Shown here: piece after piece, positions 26,084 through 36,483 of the stretch
Layout of the letters: the number at the start of each line of letters is the position of its first letter
Position numbering within the stretch: the stretch's first letter is position 1
Origin: Moniliella sp. 'wahieum'
Lineage: Eukaryota
NCBI GenBank assembly: GCA_003971905.1
Contig: RSEE01000156.1
Span: forward strand, 1-64,000
Direction of reading: 5' to 3'
Length of the DNA: 64,000 bases
Translations under genes and position numbers: made by a program
The notes under the pieces: model-generated
What the model was told of the DNA's origin: nothing
Seen by the model: only the letters and a program-made list of their open reading frames with translations
Databases searched by the model: none

Positions 26084-27420
26084 TGTAACAACTAGGAGAC
26101 CACTGGGCCTACGGCCCGGTCTGCTGAGGCTTCGACTCAGCCTTTTGGGCTGACTCAGGTGGCGACGGTGGAACGGGGGTTATCGTGGCGACGATGGCCC
26201 AGCACAACAGGCTGGGCGAAGCCACAGCCGACCGGGGGGCGTAGACTCGGTGGTATGCTAGTACTAAAAAATGACAAGATGGCTATGGGTCACGCCGGGT
26301 TCGCACCTTCATGGTCTTGAAGACGGCTAATAGCTAGTACGCGTTCACCCACCCGTCCCTCTATTTGCTTGGGAAGAAGCTGAGCGCTGCCGACACGATC
26401 CTCTTGCATTGCCTCCTTCTCGCCTTGGTACTTGGTCATCTGGTCTTCACCACTAATCACGCCTTCCTCGTCTTCGCTCTTCACTGTCCCGTCGACGACC
26501 GAGTCAAGGGACAACGTGGTGGGCAAGATCACGGGATGTAGCAAGGGCAGGTAGTTGGGCGTTGAGCACACCCCGTGCATTGCGAACCGAGTTCGCTTGG
26601 TCCGGGACGAGGATTTCGGCATAAGGACCAGGAGGTCAACGTGCGGATGATCGGCGGACAGGGACAGTTGGTACACTACTCTTGCCTGAAGAATGGGGGC
26701 TAGGGCGAAGCACTAGACTAGGCGATCAATGGATGAGCGCGATGAATCGGTCACACCAATGAGAGCCTAGAACGGCGGCGGTTATCCGTTAAACGTTAAC
26801 TCGTAACTGAGAAGTAACTCCGCTACCAAGCTAAGGACAATTGCAATGTGCAGGGTGGGAACAGTTAGACATAGCTTCTCGTAAAAGCTACTGAACATTC
26901 AACGTATAGACCTCGATGGACGGAACAACAGGGTCGGCATCTATTTTGGTACCAACGTTGGTCCCCATCGGTTCTGTTGACTACCAGCGGTCTAGAGCCC
27001 AACATCGATCATCAGCCTTCAGTGACACGTGGCCCGATATGCGTCCCGGACGTTCCACTACGAGCTTCCACTGGCCTCCGAGCCCGGAGCGTTATCGATC
27101 CTATCATATATCACGGCCCTTAGGTCTAGCTCTAACCCACTGAGCCTAGAAAATTGGTCCCCAAAGAACGGCGTGAAAGTATAGCGAGAGTCTATTGGCC
27201 AGTTACTAGTTACTAGAGTTACTTACGTCCGAAGCGACACCTTCTCGTTGTGCATGCTCCAGCATGGTGCAGCGCAATGTCAATTAGATGGGAGAGCCAA
27301 ACAGGCTGACTAGAGTATTACTAGATTACTAGAATTCATGTAGCACATCTTTCGGGAATGGGGATATCTCATCAGTAACATCATTAACCATCCTTGTCGG
27401 TATGGGCTGTTCGCCGTCTT

Positions 27421-29525
27421 TGAATTCATATCATTGACAGAGCTTAAGGCTGGGACAGGGGGAACGCTACGTCTAAACCGAACCGTTCATCTTGCGGGGG
27501 TTACTTGGAAGCGCCACCAAGATTAAGGGACCAGGGGGATCGCCAGGATTAGGACCCTCCGGCTCACGCCATCCGGTCCCGTACCCTAGGAAGCGCGTGT
27601 GGACACGGAGGAACGTGGTTGACATACGAGCGAGGAACCATTTCCACTGAGACTTAGTAGCCAACTCCTTCCAATGCGCAAACAACTTGCCCGCCGTCTT
27701 GGTGCCGTAGTATCCTCGCGTCGTCAAAACCAGGGGGAAAAACGGTTCTTGAGTGCGTCCCTGGTACTTGGCGTTCTTGTCGCATTCTGCTTGTTCAAGC
27801 AGCCGAAGCAGTTCCTTCTCCCGGCGTTCCAAAGGCGACGCAGTGCTCTCATGCACCACCCGCCGGTACGCGCTCTGCGCCTCCTGCGATCCCGTGTCGC
27901 GCAGCGTGTGGTCTACCTCCATTCCGGTTCCTCCCAGTGCTCCGGGCCCCATCACGCGGTAATCGGTGCGCTGTGCCTTCCGTCCGCGCCTCGTCCCATC
28001 CTCTTCCTCCACCATAGGTTCGTTGTGGACGTGGGTGTCGGGGATGGAGCGGAGGAGCTGGAGAATGGGCTCCCGCACTGCCTCATGCAACGCACCAAAC
28101 TTGGCCTGGGTGCGGGTGCAGGACATGATGTGTTCCAGCGAGGACATGACGCCGCACTTGCACATGCTGCGCGTGGTGCGGCACAGCGTGCGGAGCTGGA
28201 GACCAACCTGGACCTGCTGGTCAGAGAGCTTGAGGTACGGGACGGATGGAATGGCGGAGAGCCAGTTGTGGCTCAGCGGGTTGCTGTGCTCAACCACATG
28301 GCGACCATCGGCAGCGTCCAGCTTCTGGAGCAGCTCCTGTCGACTTTGCTCCCACATCTCGCGGCAGCGCTGGCGTTGCTTCGTAAATGCGTTGGCCCTT
28401 GCCGTTTGCGGTCCCGAACGGTCAACATAAGTGGTAATGAGATAGTCGTTGACCTCGTTGGCCGCGGCACGGGCGTGGGGCGCGATATACGAGTAAAGCG
28501 GGCTGCCACATCCTCCCAGCCGAAGAGGCAGGCTCATGAGCATGTCGAAGTGGTCGTCCTTGGTACCTTGGGGGTCCTCGTCGCCCCGGATCCGTCTGAA
28601 CTCCGTACAGATGAAGGCATCAATCTCGGCCAGCACGTCGTCTAGCTCTCCTTCCATCTGCATGGTGCGGAGCAGGTGGCGCAGCTTGGTCTGAGTGCTG
28701 AGCCGCCATAGTAAGAGGCGTCCCTGGCGGGTGATGCCATCAAACTTAGGCATGTTCTCCCTCAGACTGGCCAGTTGGGCCCGGAGCCACGATCGACGAC
28801 AGTCTACCCTCCCACACAAGTGCCCAGAACCTGCAGACCATCCCCCCGAATCTGGTCCCGGTCCCGCTCGACACACTTACGCAGGTTGAGCTTGAGGCCT
28901 GACGCGTCGTCTTCCAAAGCTCCGCGGCTAGGCCGGTAATGCCTGGCCCTGGACCGAAAATCGTAATGTCGTCCAGGTATGCCATCACCAGGTGCCCCGG
29001 CGGCAGGTCCTGTTCCAGTTTCTCCAGCGTGGGCCGCACTGCAATGGAGAAGAAAAGGGGGCGAGGGGGTCGCCCTGCCGTACGCCCTCTGCCGACAGGA
29101 CGTTGGTCTCATTTCCGCCCGACGCGACCCAGAGCTGGGTGGGGGAACCATAGATCCATCGGCCCAAGGTGAGGAGATGGGGGGCGTAGGCATGGAGCGC
29201 CTTGGCGAGTGTGCGACGGCGCACAGTGTTGAAGGCGTTGGTAAAGTCGAGCATGGCGACGTGGCTGAAGTCGCCCAGTTCCGCATCGTTCTCCCCGCCT
29301 GGCGCTGTCATGCGCTCGACATCCGTACGATAGGCTCCACCCGTTTTGCGATGCTACCCAACTGGGTGGGGAGAAGCCACTGTTGGGGCGATCGCTCGAG
29401 CGATGGCCTTGGCGCACAGGCGGTAGATCAGCTCCCCGCAGGCGATGGGCGGATGCCTCCCGATGCCTTCTCAGGGGGGTAAGGCGGAGGCCAACAGGAG
29501 CTCGCGTCCTGGGCAGTGCCGTGGT
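27421..29525 (-). mobile_element. 5'-truncated non-LTR retrotransposon (RT + CCHC + restriction-like endonuclease; CRE/Cnl1-like), copy B
   Basis: GGIRPIACGELIYRL, DFTNAFN, GVRQGDPLAP, YLDD, LPLRLGGCG, CKC..EHIMSC zinc knuckle, R.D..D endonuclease-like region; no LTRs. Confidence 0.92.
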
Positions 29526-30002
29526 AAATGCTCTTGGTGTATGCAAGGTGTGCCCGTCAATATTCAATGTTCAACGTGTTCAACGTTGACTTCAACGTTT
29601 AACGGACGTTCAACTTAACATATTGTTGCGATATACTTTTTCATATGGACATTCCAAGTTAGAGTGTGGGCCAGTCTCCTCTCCGACATGGATCTGTGGT
29701 ACGGTTATTGCCACAATCGGTATTAGAAGATCGTGAGACCAGAGAGCAGCAGTTCAACTGAGTACTCAACGTTCAGTGAACGTTCAACCATGAGTGCATG
29801 AGCGCTCAGGCGCTCAGGCTGAGCGGCATGCGCACGGGCTACAGAGGTGGAGAACATTCCTACCCTCCAGGGGACTGAATATTTTGCAGGAGGAAGGCCC
29901 GGAGGTGCTGGGCTTGGCTACCGGTGTCACATCAGTGTAGTATCGCCACACAATCACTCTGTCAATCATCTGGTCATTATGAGCCCACTTTTTATAGAAA
30001 TG

Positions 30003-31752
30003 TCCTCACCTTGGGCCGATGGATCTATGGTTCCCCCACCCAGCTCTGGGTCGCGTCGGGCGGAAATGAGACCAACGTCCTGTCGGCAGAGGGCGTACGG
30101 CAGGGCGACCCCCTCGCCCCCTTTTTCTTCTCCATTGCAGTGCGGCCCACGCTGGAGAAACTGGAACAGGACCTGCCGCCGGGGCACCTGGTGATGGCAT
30201 ACCTGGACGACATTACGATTTTCGGTCCAGGGCCAGGCATTACCGGCCTAGCCGCGGAGCTTTTGGAAGACGACGCGTCAGGCCTCAAGCTCAACCTGCG
30301 TAAGTGTGTCGAGCGGGACCGGGACCAGATTCGGGGGGATGGTCTGCAGGTTCTGGGCACTTGTGTGGGAGGGGTAGACTGTCGTCGATCGTGGCTCCGG
30401 GCCCAACTGGCCAGTCTGAGGGAGAACATGCCTAAGTTTGATGGCATCACCCGCCAGGGACGCCTCTTACTATGGCGGCTCAGCACTCAGACCAAGCTGC
30501 GCCACCTGCTCCGCACCATGCAGATGGAAGGAGAGCTAGACGACGTGCTGGCCGAGATTGATGCCTTCATCTGTACGGAGTTCAGACGGATCCGGGGCGA
30601 CGAGGACCCCCAAGGTACCAAGGACGACCACTTCGACATGCTCATGAGCCTGCCTCTTCGGCTGGGAGGAGTGGCAGCCCGCTTTACTCGTATATCGCGC
30701 CCCACGCCCGTGCCGCGGCCAACGAGGTCAACGACTATCTCATTACCACTTATGTTGACCGTTCGGGACCGCAAACGGCAAGGGCCAACGCATTTACGAA
30801 GCAACGCCAGCGCTGCCGCGAGATGTGGGAGCAAAGTCGACAGGAGCTGCTCCAGAAGCTGGACGCTGCCGATGGTCGCCATGTGGTTGAGCACAGCAAC
30901 CCGCTGAGCCACAACTGGCTCTCCGCCATTCCATCCGTCCCGTACCTCAAGCTCTCTGACCAGCAGGTCCAGGTTGGTCTCCAGCTCCGCACGCTGTGCC
31001 GCACCACGCGCAGCATGTGCAAGTGCGGCGTCATGTCCTCGCTGGAACACATCATGTCCTGCACCCGCACCCAGGCCAAGTTTGGTGCGTTGCATGAGGC
31101 AGTGCGGGAGCCCATTCTCCAGCTCCTCCGCTCCATCCCCGACACCCACGTCCACAACGAACCTATGGTGGAGGAAGAGGATGGGACGAGGCGCGGACGG
31201 AAGGCACAGCGCACCGATTACCGCGTGATGGGGCCCGGAGCACTGGGAGGAACCGGAATGGAGGTAGACCACACGCTGCGCGACACGGGATCGCAGGAGG
31301 CGCAGAGCGCGTACCGGCGGGTGGTGCATGAGAGCACTGCGTCGCCTTTGGAACGCCGGGAGAAGGAACTGCTTCGGCTGCTTGAACAAGCAGAATGCGA
31401 CAAGAACGCCAAGTACCAGGGACGCACTCAAGAACCGTTTTTCCCCCTGGTTTTGACGACGCGAGGATACTACGGCACCAAGACGGCGGGCAAGTTGTTT
31501 GCGCATTGGAAGGAGTTGGCTACTAAGTCTCAGTGGAAATGGTTCCTCGCTCGTATGTCAACCACGTTCCTCCGTGTCCACACGCGCTTCCTAGGGTACG
31601 GGACCGGATGGCGTGAGCCGGAGGGTCCTGATATCCTGTTGGCAATCCCCTGGTTCCTTGACCTTAGTGGCGCTTCCAAACAACCCCCGCAAGATGAACG
31701 GTTCGGTTTAGACGTAGCGTTCCCCCTGTCCCAGCCTTAAGCTCTGTCAATG
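30003..31752 (+). mobile_element. 5'-truncated non-LTR retrotransposon, copy C, inverted relative to copy B
   Basis: QGDP at 30101, YLDD at 30200, CCHC at 31018-31062. Reverse complement of 27432-29175 nearly base for base. Confidence 0.92.
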
Positions 31753-31865
31753 GAATGCACACAACATAGGAAAATGGGTGTCGGCATGCCAGTTTAGCTG
31801 TCAAACAGTTGTTTATTAGATGCAAGGCTGAGATGGAAATAAATGGGATCTGCACCTTGTTGAAC

Positions 31866-31972
31866 GCGTTAGGCGTTAGGCGCTAAGCGTTATAGGCGTT
31901 ACGTGTTATGGGCGTTAGCGTTAGGCGGCGTTAGGCCTTAGGTCTTAGTCTTAGATTTTATAATCTTAGGGG
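31866..31972 (+). repeat. Degenerate GCGTTAG/TTAGG micro-repeat tract
   Basis: gcgttaggcgttaggcgctaagcgttatagg...ttaggccttaggtcttagtcttag...ttagggg. Confidence 0.6.
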
Positions 31973-32436
31973 ATCATCGATCATCGATGGAGGTGAATCT
32001 GAAGCTTGAAGCTGCTGAAGACACTGAAGCTTCAAGTGGCTCAGTGCTGAAGCTATTGAAGTGATATCATTAACATTTGCAATATGTGTGTCTGATATAA
32101 GCCGTTTCTCTCACACCCTATGTGATTTGCATACAATATCACTTGGACTCGCCGACGCCATACCAAAAGTTCTTACCCCACAGCACATATATGGACCATC
32201 GCTGGTTTCACTTTGTTGTTGCTGTTCTCTTTGTTGTTCTTTTCGCAGTTCTTTCAGCTGTTCGCGGGGCGTTATCACATGTCACAACTGACCGTGTGCC
32301 ATCCCCAAAAGCCGTTCAACGTTCAGTAACGCAATGCCACGCAGTTGGTCCATAATGGATAATGCATAACTGGTAACCGGGGTAATCGGTAACCCCGGTA
32401 ACCAGCCAGTAACCGGTGACCTCTTAGATCTTACCC

Positions 32437-32619
32437 AGCGGGGGATCGGCAATGTGATGACGACCAGTAGACTACCACTCGTTGAGAATATGTTGAAAGC
32501 GGGGGATCGGCAATGTGATGACGACCAGTAGACTACCACTCGTTGAGAATATGTTGAAAGCGGGGGATCGGCAATGTGATGACGACCAGTAGACTACCAC
32601 TCGTTGAGAATATGTTGAA
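32437..32619. repeat. Perfect tandem repeat, 3 x 61 bp
   Basis: Unit AGCGGGGGATCGGCAATGTGATGACGACCAGTAGACTACCACTCGTTGAGAATATGTTGAA starts at 32437, 32498 and 32559. Confidence 0.95.
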
Positions 32620-33139
32620 CGTACGTTGAACGTTCAGTTGAGCGTTGATGGTCGGATACTTATGAGGATTGCGATAAAAGTTCCAGCATGCCCCTCCATG
32701 CACCATGCACCATCGCTCATGCAGAGCCCTCTCTGTTATTATGATACCCTGAGAGGTCCCTCCTGGTCCCTATAAACCTGTCGCTGGATTCACCAACAAA
32801 CCCAAGCACGAACATATATAACGTGACGCGTGAGTACTGAGTCTCGGCCTTTTTGGACCTCTGTTGTAAGGGATTGTACCCCGTTAAAACCGCCCGATTT
32901 AGGCCTCAATTAATTAGGGTTACTATCACATATGAGTCCTCTCTGGCTCTCCGTGAGCGCGTGAGCTCAGCCCCTTGAAGCTTGAAGCTTGACGGGTTCT
33001 CCTCAAGCCTCAGGCCCTGAGGCCTCCCTCACCGGCCTCACCACTAAAAGAGATAGTAGCGCCAGCTTCCGTAGAGCACACGATCATACGAGTGACTGTT
33101 TGCCTTTCGTAAACACAAGGTGGTGTCATTGCTTTCGTG

Positions 33140-33197
33140 TTTTCCGATATCTCTGCTTTTTCCGATAATCTCTGCTTTTCCCGATAATCTCTGCTGC
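33140..33197. repeat. Short tandem repeat, about 20 bp x 3
   Basis: TTTCCGATA(A)TCTCTGCT repeated three times. Confidence 0.75.
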
Positions 33198-34388
33198 TCT
33201 TCTCAGCATGGTCTGTGGGAGGCAATGAATCGTATCTCTCGGGCACACACTCTCGTCGAACAACCCATTTCCCCGTGTGTGTCCGGAGCGTTTTTTCTCA
33301 AAATGCTGTTTATCCAATGATGAATATTGAATGACCAAGAAAAGGCATCGGGAATGTTGTAGCACGATAGGAGGCGGCAGACAGCAAACTCCGACAAGCT
33401 GTGCGGGGGTCGGAGAGCGGGCGGGTTACGTTGAACGTTAAGTGGGTTAAAAGTTAATAGCAGAACACAACCTGACTTGTGACAGATGCAACTGCTTGTA
33501 AGATCTGAGAGAGTGCTATGCTACTTGAGGTTGATCGATCGAAACAGTAGGTCAATACTAATACCGACAGAAAAGGGATGTGACATAGGTGAAGCCAATA
33601 AAAAGACATCGGGAATGCTGTAGAACCTGGATGAGGCCTGGGCCGGCCTCAGCGCTCAGCGCTCAGCACCTCAGCGCCTCAGCCTGAGGCCTGGGACCGG
33701 CCCAGGCCCTCAGGCCCTCAGGCTTGAGCTTGAGGCCGGACCGTGACGTGAAGTGAACGCGTGAACGGGGTACATGACATGTGACACATGCATCCAATAT
33801 ACTAATAGGCGCATCTGCATCAAACCTCGGCCTCAGGCCTCAGGCCTCAGGGCGCCTCAAGCCGCCAAGCTTTACTCTTTTGTTGTCACATACCGGTGTT
33901 GCCTAGGACGGAAGATCACACCACGGTCTCAGAGACAGACGGATCCTTTTGCCGAAGAATGAATGGCCTTTCCCCACATTGAGGTTGTCACCAGTCACCA
34001 ATAAGGCTACAGGTGCAGATCTTTCGGAAAGAAACAACAAAAAACAAATCGATGTGGGAAAATGTGTCGTACCCCGGTTTGTACTGAACACTGAGTGTGC
34101 TCGACTATGAAAGAATGTGTATAGAGAATCTGGGGGTGTGTAACAGATCTGTGGGATTTTGCTAGTTACTAGTTACTGTTCATCATTTTGTCACATGGAC
34201 GAAGGAGATTTCCCTATACAAGACTTTAAACAAAGTCATAGTCCCCAAGATGGTACGGCAAACGGACTATTAAGCGGGCTATCGACTCGTCGACAAACCG
34301 CCTCTCTTTACCTCACCATCGACTACTCTCTCTTCGCCTACTCTTCTCTTTCCCAAGTTTTCTCGCCCGTTTGACCAAATCCCTAAAG

Positions 34389-35011
34389 ATGAAGTTCTTC
34401 TCTTTTGCCGCCGTTGCCACCGTCCTTGCCGCGGTCGCCGTCTCTGCCGTTCCTATGGCCCCGACCACTGAGGTGGTGGCTCGTCAAGCCCCGGCTGCGC
34501 CCGCCCCCGGCGTGATTCAGAACGTCGGCCACGTCGTCGCCCTTATTGAGCAGGGTCTGGGTGTTACTCCCGCCCTCGATGCCATCAACGACAAGCTTAA
34601 CGGCTCTCTGGTACGTTTTTTGGCAGATTCCTTTTTTCATCCGGGTTCTATCTCTTTTGGGTATAATACTGATGTCATTTTGTCTGAAGGCCCTTTTGGA
34701 GGCGGAGGCTGGCTTGACTAAGGTTGAGATGGGTCTTGGCCTCGTTAACGGCACCTTCCCCGATGGTGCTATCCAGAAGATCAACCACCTGGTTAAGCTT
34801 ATTGACGACAAGATTGGTATGTTTTCTCTTTCATCTTGCACACTCTCTGCGCACACGTTTAAGTCCTGGAATCAGAGTCTAACCCCTTTCCCATTTAGGC
34901 GTTACCGCTTTGGAGAACATCATTGAGAACACCATGTGGAACGGTACGGTCGGCAAGCTTGAAGCCTTCCTCGGCGTTCCTTTCCTCAAGGTTGCCCTTG
35001 GCCTCGAGTAA
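34389..35011 (+). CDS. Secreted cysteine-free amphipathic protein, 153 aa, 3 exons
   Basis: Signal peptide MKFFSFAAVATVLAAVAVSA. Introns 34611-34689 and 34817-34898 (GT..AG with branch sites) join in frame without frameshifts; ends KVALGLE-TAA. Confidence 0.85.
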
Positions 35012-35820
35012 ATGGAGAAGTAGGGTACATTTGATCCTCTTCCTTCCTACATGCCATATCTCTTTTTCGCGGGTTTGAATTCAGCTATCTTTCTCCGCGG
35101 GCTATGAAGTCGAGACACCCACCACCTCGTCTCAGGTGCCCTCTTCTCTTCTACCCTCTATCGGTTTAACGATTCTTAATCCACACCAATTCAAGTCATC
35201 TGCTTCCGTCTTACTAGCATGCTATAGAATGCTCATACGTTCATACGTGATCGCACGCTATTCTGAGACGCGTACCGGTGAGAAGGGACTGCGGCTTGAA
35301 CCATGTGCCCAAATAGACCAAGACGCACCTCGAGTAAGTCAACTCCAGCTACGGGACGGAGGTGAGCAAAGAGGGGACAGGGAGGTGCTTTTGGTGATGA
35401 GGGCCGCACAAGCAAGAGGACCGTCGTCTATGTCGTTAACCCTTCGCAGGGGCTTCCCTCTCCTTCATTCCTTGGCAACGTTTATTAGCAGTAAGTGAGA
35501 GGGGATATATACTGTGGGGAAGCAACTGCTGACGGAGGAGTGGAATGGAGGATGTGGTTCTGAGGAGAGGTACAGGAGGCTATGAGAAGGGTAGGGCCTT
35601 ATATAGACGAGGGTACCGCGGAGCTGAGGAAGCTTCCGGGCGGAAAGAGAGGGGTGATGACTATCACGCAGGATGGCGTGATTGGGGCATCGCCCCAACA
35701 GCAACAATTGGGCCCCGGTCAGAGCTCTCTCAACGCCCTTAATCAGCATCCGCCTGTGGGCATGGCATCTTGCTGTTGCTGCTCTCGTATAAATATAACC
35801 CATCATCGATCATCCACAAT

Positions 35821-36004
35821 CCGAAGAGACAGGCATATATGAATGGCAAAAATGATCACCTTTTCCCTACCACGTTTGAGGGTTCTCCCCTCTCGGATCC
35901 GTCGACACGCTCTACTACTACAGATGAATGCGTCAATATCGGCCAGCACATCATCCAGATCGTCCTCCATCTACATAGTACAGAGTAAATGGCGCAGCTT
36001 GGTC
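35821..36004 (-). mobile_element. Highly degenerate internal relic of the same non-LTR element (copy D)
   Basis: Aligns by eye to 28520-28691 (ccgaagag.cagg...cggatccgtc...tacagatgaa...tcggccagcac...tggcgcagcttggtc). Confidence 0.75.
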
Positions 36005-36049
36005 AAAGAACAGCACCACCGCCACAATAAAAAAACGTGCCTAATGATC

Positions 36050-36308
36050 GAGGGCACCAGGCGGTAGTCCGGCTCGGCTCCGGTCAGACTAGGCCAGTGC
36101 CCAGTCGGCAGTGCGGCTCGGCTACGGTCTGAGTGACTAGGCGGACACACTAGGGTCCAGTTGTCTCTCTGATGGAGGGCACCAAGCGGCGGTGCGGCTC
36201 GGCTCCGGTGTGACTTGCATGTGACTAGTGACTAGGCCAGTGCCCCAGGCGACAGTGTTCTGACTGTTTAGGCGGGCAAACTTTTGCGTCCAGTTGTCTG
36301 TCTAATCG
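36050..36308. repeat. Degenerate tandem duplication, about 125-130 bp x 2
   Basis: Both halves run gagggcacca.gcgg..cggctcggctccggt..gactaggccagtgccc..taggcgg..gtccagttgtct. Confidence 0.7.
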
Positions 36309-36483
36309 CGGCCGCGTCTTAGCTGGTTACGACAACTATTGGGAAACGTGCCAAGAGTTTGACCCCCTTCCCCGCTATCGGAGCTCCTCAATTTTTAGTA
36401 TGTGTCACTAAGAATCAGCCAAGGCTGAATCAACAGCTTAGATAGTAGAGTACATGGACATGTTCTGATTATGAAGATGGGCC

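Noticed and set aside
27674..28645. Long antisense ORFs over the retroelement (also 30487-31506) and over RLI1
   Set aside because: Expected shadows of GC-rich codon usage on the opposite strand.
29931..29944. U2 snRNA-like words (ATCAGTGTAGTATC; also TCTCGGCCTTTT at 32842)
   Set aside because: Matches are only 10-14 nt, about 3 kb apart, with no surrounding U2 structure or Sm site.
32437..32619. CRISPR array or C/D snoRNA cluster
   Set aside because: Units are contiguous and identical with no spacers, there are no cas genes in this eukaryotic context, and no box D (CTGA) lies in the unit.
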